Shown: positions 12,224 to 21,564, counted from the first letter of the stretch. The stretch: DNA of 64,000 nt from Candidatus Hodarchaeota archaeon (GCA_029856365.1 JAHQWW010000006.1:21555-85554), one strand, 5' to 3'. A program made the numbers and translations. The notes: generated from the sequence alone by a model not told the origin.

Positions 12224-12659
12224 CTCTCCAGTTATTAACTCTGATGTTCCTCCTACTGATCTATCGCCAGTAATGGCCTCACTTGACAAGGAGTTAACAT
12301 ACCTCGCGGATTTTACCGATGTACAAGCTGTAATCCTATTTCGACTAGATGGAAAAGTTATAAAATCCCAATATCGTTCAAAAGCTTCTCAAAATCTGTT
12401 AGTTGTTATGAAATGGGTGAAAAATATAATTTCTAAAACAATGGAGGAGCTTCAAGCAGGATCACGATGTATCAAATATGATAAAGAAATCAACAGGAAG
12501 GAAGCTATCCCAGTCTATTTTTATTGTGCTGGAAAAACTAGTATCGTTGTAACAATTCTCACTTCAGTAGCTAATACAGGTCTAATGGAAATCGAAATGA
12601 GTCGTAATGCACGACGAATAGGGGAGATTATTGACAAAAAAGAACCTTTAGGTGACTAA
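12204..12659 (+). CDS. Roadblock/LC7 (MglB-like) domain protein
   Basis: DVQAVILFRLDG strand-hairpin, central helix, C-terminal NTGLMEIEM helix typical of the roadblock fold. Confidence 0.65.
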   Translation: MISQVIDSPVINSDVPPTDLSPVMASLDKELTYLADFTDVQAVILFRLDGKVIKSQYRSKASQNLLVVMKWVKNIISKTMEELQAGSRCIKYDKEINRKEAIPVYFYCAGKTSIVVTILTSVANTGLMEIEMSRNARRIGEIIDKKEPLGD

Positions 12660-12661
12660 AC

Positions 12662-14041
12662 CTGATAAAAGCGGCAACAGGTCTCTACATAGATCATGAT
12701 TTAAAGCGAGCTACTATAAAAGCTCTCGAACAAGCTGAAGATGAGCTTGAAGTACAACCAAGTGCTATTCTATATTTCACGGGGTCACATCATGGGGGAG
12801 CGAAAACATATAACCAAGCAATGGCAGTAATAAAGGAGCGATATCCAAATGTTCCTCTAACAGGATGTTCTGGTCTCGGTATGGCCAATAAGAATGATTA
12901 TGGATTAAAAGGGGCAGGAATGATGTTATTGGCTGGTATTACTGCTAAAAACACCATTATAAAACGGTTCCGTGTTGGTAACTGGCTTAAGACCAAGAAA
13001 GTCGTACGAAATTGTACGAAAACAGTTCAATCTGAAAGTAAAAGAAATTCAAATACCACTCACATCTTCTTTCCTCCTGGCGTTGGATTTCCAAAGTTTA
13101 TGGCAAATTTGTTGAATCACCGTATTGAGGGTATAAACCCTTTTATGCCCTTCAATAACCGTATTTGGCGTAAATTTTCGATTCTTTCAAAAATAGTTGG
13201 AAAACCAACTGAACTATTAATGAATATTGCTGGAATCGGTTTTTCCTATTCTTCTTCATGGCCCCTTTTCACGCAGCTCTATAGAAGAGGCATACATTTT
13301 ACAGGTAGTTTTGGCGCTGATCCATTAACCATGTTCAAAGCTTATCAATTCTATAACTACAAGGCCTTTAAAGATTCATTAGCATACATGTCAATAAGCT
13401 CTCCAAACCTCCAATTTGAGAGTAGAGCTGATTCAGGCGGAGAAATTCTCCCTGATAAGAACCTTAGTCTTGATAGCTTCATTAATGGAGGATTCATTCC
13501 ACGAATTCATGGAAAATGGGGTGCTGATGCTTTACTTGAATTATATGGCATGGAGAATTGTCCTGATATCTTAGAAAGATGTACACAACGAGCTTTTTAT
13601 GCCCATCCTTACAGACCACTCTGTGTTATTGATGGCCAACAGAACCTAAATCTCTACGGTTTAATCGTTAATCCGAACCTAAAGCATGCACTTGTCACAG
13701 CACCCCCTCAAATAGCTAAGAAATTACATTCCAATGATCCAAATCGATATAAGGCATTTATTGGAGACCAAAGCTCAACTACAATTGAGTGTTCCTTAAA
13801 AAAAACTCTTAGGACATTAGTTACGAAAGATACGACTTTTGGTTTATTTTTCGATTGTGCAAATAGAACTATGGTTCTTGGAGATAAATTTGGTAAGTAT
13901 CTTGAGAATTTTAAAGATCACCTTGGGAAAACCCCATATCTTGTTATCCTTTCAGGTGGGGAAGTCAACTCTCAGGATTATCCCATAGTAAATTTCACCA
14001 CAGTTTCTCACGTAGCCAATAAGACCACACCTGTTCACTGA
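12662..14041 (+). CDS. FIST-domain signal-transduction protein (extended to a non-canonical start)
   Basis: PNVPLTGCS, FFDCANR, GGEV and NFTTV motifs; frame stays open upstream of ATG 12821 to CTG 12662 and encodes a FIST-like N-terminus (IKAATG...PSAILYF). Confidence 0.75.
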   Translation: MIKAATGLYIDHDLKRATIKALEQAEDELEVQPSAILYFTGSHHGGAKTYNQAMAVIKERYPNVPLTGCSGLGMANKNDYGLKGAGMMLLAGITAKNTIIKRFRVGNWLKTKKVVRNCTKTVQSESKRNSNTTHIFFPPGVGFPKFMANLLNHRIEGINPFMPFNNRIWRKFSILSKIVGKPTELLMNIAGIGFSYSSSWPLFTQLYRRGIHFTGSFGADPLTMFKAYQFYNYKAFKDSLAYMSISSPNLQFESRADSGGEILPDKNLSLDSFINGGFIPRIHGKWGADALLELYGMENCPDILERCTQRAFYAHPYRPLCVIDGQQNLNLYGLIVNPNLKHALVTAPPQIAKKLHSNDPNRYKAFIGDQSSTTIECSLKKTLRTLVTKDTTFGLFFDCANRTMVLGDKFGKYLENFKDHLGKTPYLVILSGGEVNSQDYPIVNFTTVSHVANKTTPVH

Positions 14042-14087
14042 AATAACTCCTTTTATCAAAAACAAATAATGACAGAATAGGATAAAT

Positions 14088-15461
14088 ATGTCATTCATTT
14101 ATACAATCCTTGGTATTTCAGCTTTTCCTTCAGATTTACGAAACCTAAGCCTCAAATATTGTGGTTTACATGTTGTAGTCTCCGGAATCTATCTGAGTTA
14201 TGCTTGGATATCATTATATTATTTATCAATTCTAGATTCCTTTATTGTTTTTGGAATAATCTTGTCCATTGGAATGCTTTGTGGAGCCATTCTTGACCTA
14301 CCCCTTGGTGTCCTAACGGATTATTTTGGTCAGAGGATTGCGTTCAGTGTCGCATTATCTTGTTTATTTGTATACTACTTTGGACTTATTTTTGCCTCAA
14401 AACCTATTGAATTACTATTCTTAGAAATTATTGTTGGAATTTATTCTGCACTCCTTTCTGGATCGTTTAATGCTTGGTTTATGAACACTTGGGAATTTAT
14501 CTCGTCAAAAGGAAATGAATTATCCTTCCGTAATATAATGGGAAGTGTCAATTTTGTGAAGACAATTGTAGCCGCTGTTGCAGCATTCATTGGAGGATTT
14601 CTACTTTATCAAACCCAGGTTCAACCACAAACTATCTTTCTGTTACAAGCTTTAATTGCAGCTATAGGAATTATTCTCGGATTAAAATTCATATCTTCTC
14701 CCTTTTCGATAAAGAGAAGAATATTGCATAAAGAAGAGAGAATGAATTTCTTATCCCAAATTAATAATCGTGAAGCATCTAGATTAGCCAAAAAAATTCA
14801 GTATGTAAAAGAGAAATATATTATTATCACTCCTTTCTTCATAAGTTTTTCTCTCTTGGCTTTTACTTCTGTCTCCTTTAGTACGGTGGTTTTTTCTTCC
14901 TTATTATACGACATTAGTTCTCCAATTCAGATTTTCAAACAAAGTAACTATGAAATTCATTTTGCTGCAATTTCGATAATACTCATCTCAATGATTCGAG
15001 CGATTTCAGATATCATCTTTGCAGTTGCTAGTCGCTTTTCTGGAAAAGTAACTTCTTTCATTAGCTCTCCTTATAAAGGATTGCTTATATTTTATACTCT
15101 TAATTATCCAATTAGTTGGATTACATATTTAGGCATCGTAGTTATCAATTTCTCTCCAAATATAAAACTAAATCTGGTCATTCTAACATTTTTTCTGAGA
15201 ATAGTCTTAATAGGACTTACTACTGGCCTTTACTGGCAATTATATCTCAATATTACTTCTTCTGAAACAAGAAGCTCTCAGGAATCCCTTTTTAACACAA
15301 TTAATTCATTCCTTTCAATAATAGGGTATGGATTACTAGGTGTGATAATTGAATTTTACAGATTCAGGGGCGCTATGATCTTTTTACTTGCTGTAAGCTG
15401 TTTAGGAATGCTTATACTGGTTCTTGTCAAAAATCCTGATAATATTTCTCAAATACATTAA
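14088..15461 (+). CDS. MFS transporter
   Basis: About 12 hydrophobic segments; motif A-like DLPLGVLTDYFGQR; SGSFNAW. Confidence 0.85.
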   Translation: MSFIYTILGISAFPSDLRNLSLKYCGLHVVVSGIYLSYAWISLYYLSILDSFIVFGIILSIGMLCGAILDLPLGVLTDYFGQRIAFSVALSCLFVYYFGLIFASKPIELLFLEIIVGIYSALLSGSFNAWFMNTWEFISSKGNELSFRNIMGSVNFVKTIVAAVAAFIGGFLLYQTQVQPQTIFLLQALIAAIGIILGLKFISSPFSIKRRILHKEERMNFLSQINNREASRLAKKIQYVKEKYIIITPFFISFSLLAFTSVSFSTVVFSSLLYDISSPIQIFKQSNYEIHFAAISIILISMIRAISDIIFAVASRFSGKVTSFISSPYKGLLIFYTLNYPISWITYLGIVVINFSPNIKLNLVILTFFLRIVLIGLTTGLYWQLYLNITSSETRSSQESLFNTINSFLSIIGYGLLGVIIEFYRFRGAMIFLLAVSCLGMLILVLVKNPDNISQIH

Positions 15462-15573
15462 GTGATTATTAAAGATAACAAAGAAAAATCTTTTGAAATA
15501 GGATTTTTTTATGTCATTCTTTTTTCATTCAATAGAAGTAAATTTCGTTAATATGATTAAAGGTGAGAGAACT

Positions 15574-16374
15574 TTGATTGAGGCATCAAAAAATCCCCTT
15601 ATTGTGTTTTTGACGGATTTTGGCAGTGATCCTTATGTTGGTATAATGAAAGGGAGAATTCTTCAAATAAATCCCTTAGTTAGAATTATTTCACTAACTA
15701 ATAATATAAACACACAAGACATTCGTCATGCTGCTTTTGTCTTGTTGAAATCATACAAGTATTTTCCACCTCATACAATCTTTTTAGCTATTGTAGACCC
15801 TGGAGTTGGTGGCCCAAGAAAGGCAATTGCAGCCAAAAAAGATGATTACTACTTCATTGGACCTGATAATGGCATTCTATCACCTATCTTTTCCGATAAT
15901 AAGGATGTAATTGTTGTTGATCTTCCGATCCCTGATGAAGCTTCACATACTTTTCATGGACGAGATGTATTCGCTCCTGCAGCTGGTAAACTTAGCCAGA
16001 CTTATTTACTTAAAGATCTAGGCCCCATCAGTGCCATTCAAACCTCCTTTGATTTCTACTGGGATCATGTTACATTAACAGGGGAAGTTATTTTTATTGA
16101 TCATTTTGGAAATATCATAACTAATATTCCCAATTCAATGAATCTACAATATAACAAAGAGTATCTATTATTAACGACCAAGACTAAAGTAATACTAAGT
16201 TTTAAGGGAAGTTACTTTGAAGGTTCTGATGTAAACCCATTTCTCGTTATTAGTAGCTATGAAACAATAGAAATCTCTCTCCAAAATGGAAGAGCTGCAG
16301 ATATTTTAGATATTACTCCAGGTGATCGAATCCAAATTCGCTCTGTTGATAAAAAGATTAAGATTGACAAGTAA
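15574..16374 (+). CDS. SAM hydroxide adenosyltransferase (DUF62, chlorinase/fluorinase family)
   Basis: LTDFG, VDPGVG, GPDNG, TFHGRDVF, IDHFGN; TTG 15574 follows AGGTGA. Confidence 0.9.
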   Translation: MIEASKNPLIVFLTDFGSDPYVGIMKGRILQINPLVRIISLTNNINTQDIRHAAFVLLKSYKYFPPHTIFLAIVDPGVGGPRKAIAAKKDDYYFIGPDNGILSPIFSDNKDVIVVDLPIPDEASHTFHGRDVFAPAAGKLSQTYLLKDLGPISAIQTSFDFYWDHVTLTGEVIFIDHFGNIITNIPNSMNLQYNKEYLLLTTKTKVILSFKGSYFEGSDVNPFLVISSYETIEISLQNGRAADILDITPGDRIQIRSVDKKIKIDK

Positions 16375-16390
16375 AAAGTTCTAGAAAAAA

Positions 16391-17902
16391 CTAGGATATC
16401 CCTAGGAAACCACGTAAAGCAGGATTCATTTCCGCGACTCTTTCTTTACTTATCAATTCAAAGTATTGCCTCATAATACTAACTGAGAGCAAAATACCCA
16501 TACCAGAACCGATTGCTCCAAGGAAATCAGCAAAAGCTGCAAGACAACCAATGAATAATCCACCTATAACAGCTATTGTAGGAATATACATCTCTAATCG
16601 ACGTTCAACAATCTTTTTGCTTCGGCGCCAGCCTGGCATCTGCATTCCTGATTGTAAGAACTGGCTTGCTACATCTCGAGGACCCATTCCAGCAGTTTCT
16701 AACCACATGACCGAAAAAATGACTGAAAGGACGATTAGAATAGCTGCATAAATGAAGGCACGAGCTATGGATGCTATTGGATTGGCAGGATTGATAACCC
16801 CAAGATCCCCGATAAAAGATCGTGGGGGGGTTAAGAAATAAACAAGACCACTTGTTGGAACATATTGTCCAGAAGATTCACTAAATGTTCCTAGAAAAGC
16901 AGCTAATGGATTATTGGGATTTTGTCTACCAACGGTATTCCAGACCATTTGGGCGATGAAGTAAATGTCGGCAAATACGGCCGAGGTTAGGATGACTGGG
17001 ATATTTGACACGTAAAGCAGTTTAATAGGATAAGTGGAACGGATCCCCTTATATTGTGCATAAGAAATCGGAATTTCAATCCGCATTGATTCAAAATAGA
17101 TGACAATGATAAACACAACAATGGTAGCGATTACAGAAAGGAGAGACAAAGAAGGTAGATTTACATTTTCAGCAGGACTATAGCGGAGAAATAATGCAGT
17201 TATTGCCTCAATAGGACCGCGTTGTGTAGCCCAAGCAAAAAATGCAAGAGCAATCCCTCGAAATGAGGTCACCCCCAATTCGGGAGATGTTATATATCCT
17301 TCCCCAAGTGCTTGTGCTGCAAATAGGCCCTGAAAAATTTGCAAGCCAACACCCCCCGCAATGAATAGCGAAATTCCTGATCCTAAACCCCAACCTTTCT
17401 GAATCATTTCATCAAGAAGAATGATGATAATACCTGCTGCTAATAATTGAGCAATTATTGCTAATTGCCTTCCAGGATCAAGATTAGTTCCATAAGTTCC
17501 TCCGATTAAGAAGGCACTAGCCTCTATGATTGTCATTGCTACTGACATAACCTTTTGTGCACCAGTATAGAGAGATCTCTCTTCCGGATCTCCCATATTT
17601 ACATTGATAATTTTAGATCCTACTAAGATCTGCATAATGAGTCCTGCGGTTACTATAGGGCCAATTCCAAGCTCGGCCAAGGATCCTTGAGTTGACGCCG
17701 TGATTGTCCGCATAAAGGCAAAAGGGTCACTCTCTCCTAAATCAGCCCCAATAATAGGAGTTGATGCCATTACAAAATAAATAACAAGAGCAGCGAATGT
17801 CCAGATCATTTTCTCATTGAAATGAACCTCACGGGTTGGTTTAACAACTTCTGGGGTTATTGACATGAACGGCCGAACAGCTTGAAGAAACCTAGATGTC
17901 AT
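16391..17902 (-). CDS. secY: Protein translocase SecY/Sec61alpha
   Basis: ELGIGPIVT, GLGSGISLFI, YPIKLLYVSNIP, GAIGSGMGILL; Sec61alpha-like N-terminus (RFLQAVRPF..PEV); GGAGG before ATG 17902. Confidence 0.96.
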   Translation of the reverse strand: MTSRFLQAVRPFMSITPEVVKPTREVHFNEKMIWTFAALVIYFVMASTPIIGADLGESDPFAFMRTITASTQGSLAELGIGPIVTAGLIMQILVGSKIINVNMGDPEERSLYTGAQKVMSVAMTIIEASAFLIGGTYGTNLDPGRQLAIIAQLLAAGIIIILLDEMIQKGWGLGSGISLFIAGGVGLQIFQGLFAAQALGEGYITSPELGVTSFRGIALAFFAWATQRGPIEAITALFLRYSPAENVNLPSLSLLSVIATIVVFIIVIYFESMRIEIPISYAQYKGIRSTYPIKLLYVSNIPVILTSAVFADIYFIAQMVWNTVGRQNPNNPLAAFLGTFSESSGQYVPTSGLVYFLTPPRSFIGDLGVINPANPIASIARAFIYAAILIVLSVIFSVMWLETAGMGPRDVASQFLQSGMQMPGWRRSKKIVERRLEMYIPTIAVIGGLFIGCLAAFADFLGAIGSGMGILLSVSIMRQYFELISKERVAEMNPALRGFLGIS

Positions 17903-18636
17903 ATAATGAACCTCCAAAATTGAATGAGCGGTTCTAATACATAGGAACTCAGATTTATACTATAGTTAAATCTATTAGAGATTAAAGGATTGTTTTATCT
18001 ATATATTCAACTTTGTTTTCTTTTTTTATTGATTTAGTTTCTATTTATTTCACTCGCAATGAAAGAAGGAATGGAGTCATTGAGGTTATTAGGGGAAGGG
18101 GTTGAAGTTTAAAAGCATTATACTAAATTAAGACATGAATAACATCCACAGAAGGCTAAAAAAAAGAATGAAGAATTATTATAATAATGAAGGATGGAAA
18201 AAGAGGATTTAAAAAAATATTTATTAAAAAAGGGGTTAAGAAGAAGTATTTGGGGAATCTATAATCCATTCATTTTTGCGTTATTTCTATCTTTTTTTAC
18301 TTCTCTACTGTTATTTTCTCTCCCCAACTCTTTTTCGCTTTTGTTCTGTCATCTTATACTTTCTTCCCACTTTGAAACTTTTAATTCCCTCATCTGATTT
18401 CATTTTTTATCAGATTTATTGTTTCAATTCACCATATACAGTTATGGTTGCTTGTACCTATTGTTTAATTTATTTCAGTAAAGTTTTGCAATAAAAGATA
18501 AAATATTTTATACTGTGTAAAACGAGACCGTGTCAGCCATAATCTGCAAGTTCAGGTGGATTATCAGAATATCAATCTCTTAATCGATACTAGCGTTGCT
18601 ATTGATAACAAAGGCAAATCCTAGGAGCATTCGAAG

Positions 18637-20733
18637 ATGAAAAGGAAACTAGAATCTAGCTTGAATTTTTTCCTCATTGTTATGATAGTTTCTACCCTTC
18701 TCGTGACAATAAATATAAACGTTGCCCAGGGAATCTCTAGAAATAATGAAAATTTTTATCAAGCCGAAGTAGAACAGAATAATATAGATTTACTAAATTT
18801 TTTTGACGTTAATGACTTCACTAATACAAGCCACGAAATAACTGTAAGTCGGGAAATAATAGGCAATCCTTATGGTTATACTACCTCATATACTAAAATT
18901 CATCTACACCTGTCTGAAAATGCCTCCCAACTGATAAATGCTTTTAATTATACTATTCCATCTCATGAACTTCTTGATACAAAATATCTGGAAATTTATT
19001 CTCTAAACGATACTAACATAGAGTCCACTGAAGTTTTAAGTACAATAAAGAAAAATGAATCAACTACATTTGTCGTTAAAATTCCATCAGTTGAAAAAAA
19101 TCAATTTTTATCAATAATAATAAAGATGGATCATCTTAATGCCATAACATTTGAAGAGAAGGCTAAACTCGAGTCCTCAACCTTTCCTTATCAATTTAAT
19201 CTCAGTTTTCTTCCTCTGATTTCTTTTCCAATTACATCTTATAATTTACAGTGGAAAGTAGGGGATGATATCGAGGTTAACGTGGAGAATGATTCCATTC
19301 AACCAACAAGGGATGCTTTTACAGGTGATTTCTCAGAAGATACTTCCTATGGGTTAGTTTTTGAAAATATAACTGAACTTTCAACCATTAACAGATCCTT
19401 ATTAAATCAATCTGAATATGGAAACTATAATCTTACTGCATTACAAAATCGGCCGTTCATTCCAGCCTATATTCCAACTCAAGCCACCAATTTCAAATCC
19501 TATCTTTCTTTCGCCTATTTCCAGAAAGCAAATACAAAAATTGAATTCACAGAGTTGAAATCAGTGGTCACCGTATCAGAGTGGGGATATGTTACTACTA
19601 GTCATGAAATTACGCTCCATAATATTGGTATTAAATCGGGTTCCAGTTTATCTACAGCTCTTGGCGGATCATCATTTCCTATTACTTTTTATCTTCCTGA
19701 AAGTGCTAGAAAAATTGGATTACATGATAATTATGGGAATCTCACACCATCAATATCCCTAGACTCTGTACTAAGTAAGAAGATCTTGAGAATCAATCCA
19801 TTAGGCCAAGACCAAAATTGTCCCAGAATCCAAATAGAACAAGATGCAAGATATAATTTGTATCTATCTTACCGAGAAGAAGTTTCAGATCTTATAAAAG
19901 ACGTAGGAGGAGGTAAAACTCAATTACGAATTCCTTTGGCTATGAACTTTAACTGGACAATTCAAAGATTTGAATTTAATCTATTATTACCTCATGGTTC
20001 GAGCTACAACAGAACCAGTATAATAAATTCAATAGAGCAAAAAGCTTTGAGAGAATCTACTCATAATTCTTCAATACGAAAAAATGAACTCCTTGGGATC
20101 TTCGATAAAACTGGTTTCAAAATAATTTTTAAGGATCTAACCCCCCTCAGCAACCAATACCTCAACATTGATTTTCGTCTTTCCTTTCTTTATTTTGTAA
20201 ATACTCCTCTTTCCATCTGTATTCTGTTTTTACTTCTAGGTATAGCTTATACAATCGTTCGCAATCTCTCGTTCGGTTTTAAACCCAAAAGAATAACATT
20301 AGAGGAAATACCTCTGGATTTAATAAAGGAGTTTGTGAAAGCTTACGAAGAAAAGACTGCAATTAGAGAACAAATACTAAGGCTTGATCGAAAACGGAAA
20401 TCAAAGAAAATAAACCAACGAGAGTATGAACAAACCCGAATAATTTTAGGGAATCGCCAAAAAGAAATCGATCGTTCAATTGTATCAGTATCAAAAAAAT
20501 TAGCAGAAAAAGAACCACGATATAGAATATCCATGAGATCCATCGAAGTTGCGGAAGCTAATCGAGAAGACATTCTACAAAATATTGAATCACTTGAACT
20601 GAAGAAGACCCAGGGGAGGATTGGTAAAGAAGCTTATGCCAAGCTAAAATTAAATTATGATAAGCAGCTTCGTAAGGCAAACAACGAGGTCGATAAGGTT
20701 TTAATTGATCTACGCTCGCTACTTTCAAAATGA
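18637..20733 (+). CDS. Ribophorin I (RPN1/Ost1)-like oligosaccharyltransferase subunit
   Basis: Signal peptide, N-x-S/T-rich ectodomain, VTVSEWGYVTTSHEITLHNIG resembling RPN1 IEVSHWGNI..., HDNYGNL resembling RDEIGNV, one TM, C-terminal coiled coil. Confidence 0.7.
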   Translation: MKRKLESSLNFFLIVMIVSTLLVTININVAQGISRNNENFYQAEVEQNNIDLLNFFDVNDFTNTSHEITVSREIIGNPYGYTTSYTKIHLHLSENASQLINAFNYTIPSHELLDTKYLEIYSLNDTNIESTEVLSTIKKNESTTFVVKIPSVEKNQFLSIIIKMDHLNAITFEEKAKLESSTFPYQFNLSFLPLISFPITSYNLQWKVGDDIEVNVENDSIQPTRDAFTGDFSEDTSYGLVFENITELSTINRSLLNQSEYGNYNLTALQNRPFIPAYIPTQATNFKSYLSFAYFQKANTKIEFTELKSVVTVSEWGYVTTSHEITLHNIGIKSGSSLSTALGGSSFPITFYLPESARKIGLHDNYGNLTPSISLDSVLSKKILRINPLGQDQNCPRIQIEQDARYNLYLSYREEVSDLIKDVGGGKTQLRIPLAMNFNWTIQRFEFNLLLPHGSSYNRTSIINSIEQKALRESTHNSSIRKNELLGIFDKTGFKIIFKDLTPLSNQYLNIDFRLSFLYFVNTPLSICILFLLLGIAYTIVRNLSFGFKPKRITLEEIPLDLIKEFVKAYEEKTAIREQILRLDRKRKSKKINQREYEQTRIILGNRQKEIDRSIVSVSKKLAEKEPRYRISMRSIEVAEANREDILQNIESLELKKTQGRIGKEAYAKLKLNYDKQLRKANNEVDKVLIDLRSLLSK

Positions 20734-20975
20734 GGTGCATAAGTATCCCTCGGAAGATCATAATCAACCATAATCTTTGTATTAGATGTCTAAAATGCAT
20801 CCGAAGTTGTCCTGCAGAGATTTTGATTCAAGAAAATCTAGGTGGAAAAATTTCAAACGAAATAATTAAAATTACGAACCCTAACTTATGTTTTGAATGT
20901 CGAGCTTGTGAAGTTATTTGCCCTGTATTTGCCATCAATGTCATGTGTGCTGTCAAAAATATTTCAGCCCCGTAG
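20730..20975 (+). CDS. 2x[4Fe-4S] ferredoxin
   Basis: CIRCLKCIRSCP and CFECRACEVICP; ATGA overlap with upstream gene; stop codon lies inside tRNA-Gln. Confidence 0.85.
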   Translation: MRCISIPRKIIINHNLCIRCLKCIRSCPAEILIQENLGGKISNEIIKITNPNLCFECRACEVICPVFAINVMCAVKNISAP

Positions 20976-21069
20976 TGTAGCGGACCATCATACGAGGTTT
21001 TGGTCCTCGAGACCCCAGTTCGAATCAAGAGCATAAAAATGCTTGTTTGCGATATTCTGGGCGGGGCTA
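20966..21069 (+). tRNA. tRNA-Gln(TTG) with a 31-nt intron at 59/60 (21025-21055)
   Basis: A1-U72 acceptor AGCCCCG/CGGGGCT; CGAGG-TT-TTG-GT-CCTCG; T stem CCCAG/CTGGG interrupted by a bulge-helix-bulge intron. Confidence 0.92.
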
Positions 21070-21162
21070 TGCTCTCATTTTTATTTATCCAGAAAAAAAT
21101 TCTAACAACAACAGGTTTATCTTCAAATTAGTTTGTAATGCTAACATGGGAACATTATTTTC

Positions 21163-21447
21163 TTATTTTTGAGTATGTGACAACGAAAAAGGTTTACCTT
21201 CTGAAAGAACCTTAGTTGGTATCTTATCTTGATTAGATGAAAGAAATTTTAGATCTTCATCCTTATTTCTTAAATCATCTGGTAACATTACTGGTATTGT
21301 CCCTTTGATGGGATAATAACGATTACATTCCGAACAAACGATAAGACCAGTTTCAATTTCTGTTTCATCCTCTTTAAAGATGAATAATTCTAATTTAGGG
21401 TTTTTACAGATTGGACAGGCTAAGATTTCTAATAAGTTCTTTTTCAT
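21163..21447 (-). CDS. trm112: Trm112 methyltransferase activator
   Basis: LLEILACPIC...GLIVCSECNRYYPIKGTIPVML. Confidence 0.9.
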   Translation of the reverse strand: MKKNLLEILACPICKNPKLELFIFKEDETEIETGLIVCSECNRYYPIKGTIPVMLPDDLRNKDEDLKFLSSNQDKIPTKVLSEGKPFSLSHTQK

Positions 21448-21494
21448 TTATTTTCATCTCTTACTCTATATGAAACCTTAAAAATCAAAACAGT

Positions 21495-21564
21495 CACTTC
21501 AGACGGCTCTTCACGCGTTCATTGTTGTAACACAACTCATTCGGGGATAACATCATCATTAGTG
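21495..21564 (-). ncRNA. Box C/D methylation-guide sRNA targeting the 23S rRNA peptidyl-transferase centre
   Basis: Minus strand reads CACT-A-ATGATGA (C box)-TGTTATCCCCGA (guide)-ATGA (D')-GTTGT/ACAAC hairpin-ATGAACG (C')-GTGAAGAGCCGT (guide)-CTGA (D)-AGTG; 4-bp terminal stem; guides complementary to conserved GGGAUAACA and CGGCUCUUC. Confidence 0.85.

Noticed and set aside
18194-18494. Two short plus-strand ORFs between secY and RPN1-like
   Set aside because: Low-complexity products of the purine/pyrimidine tracts, overlapping each other, with no family signal
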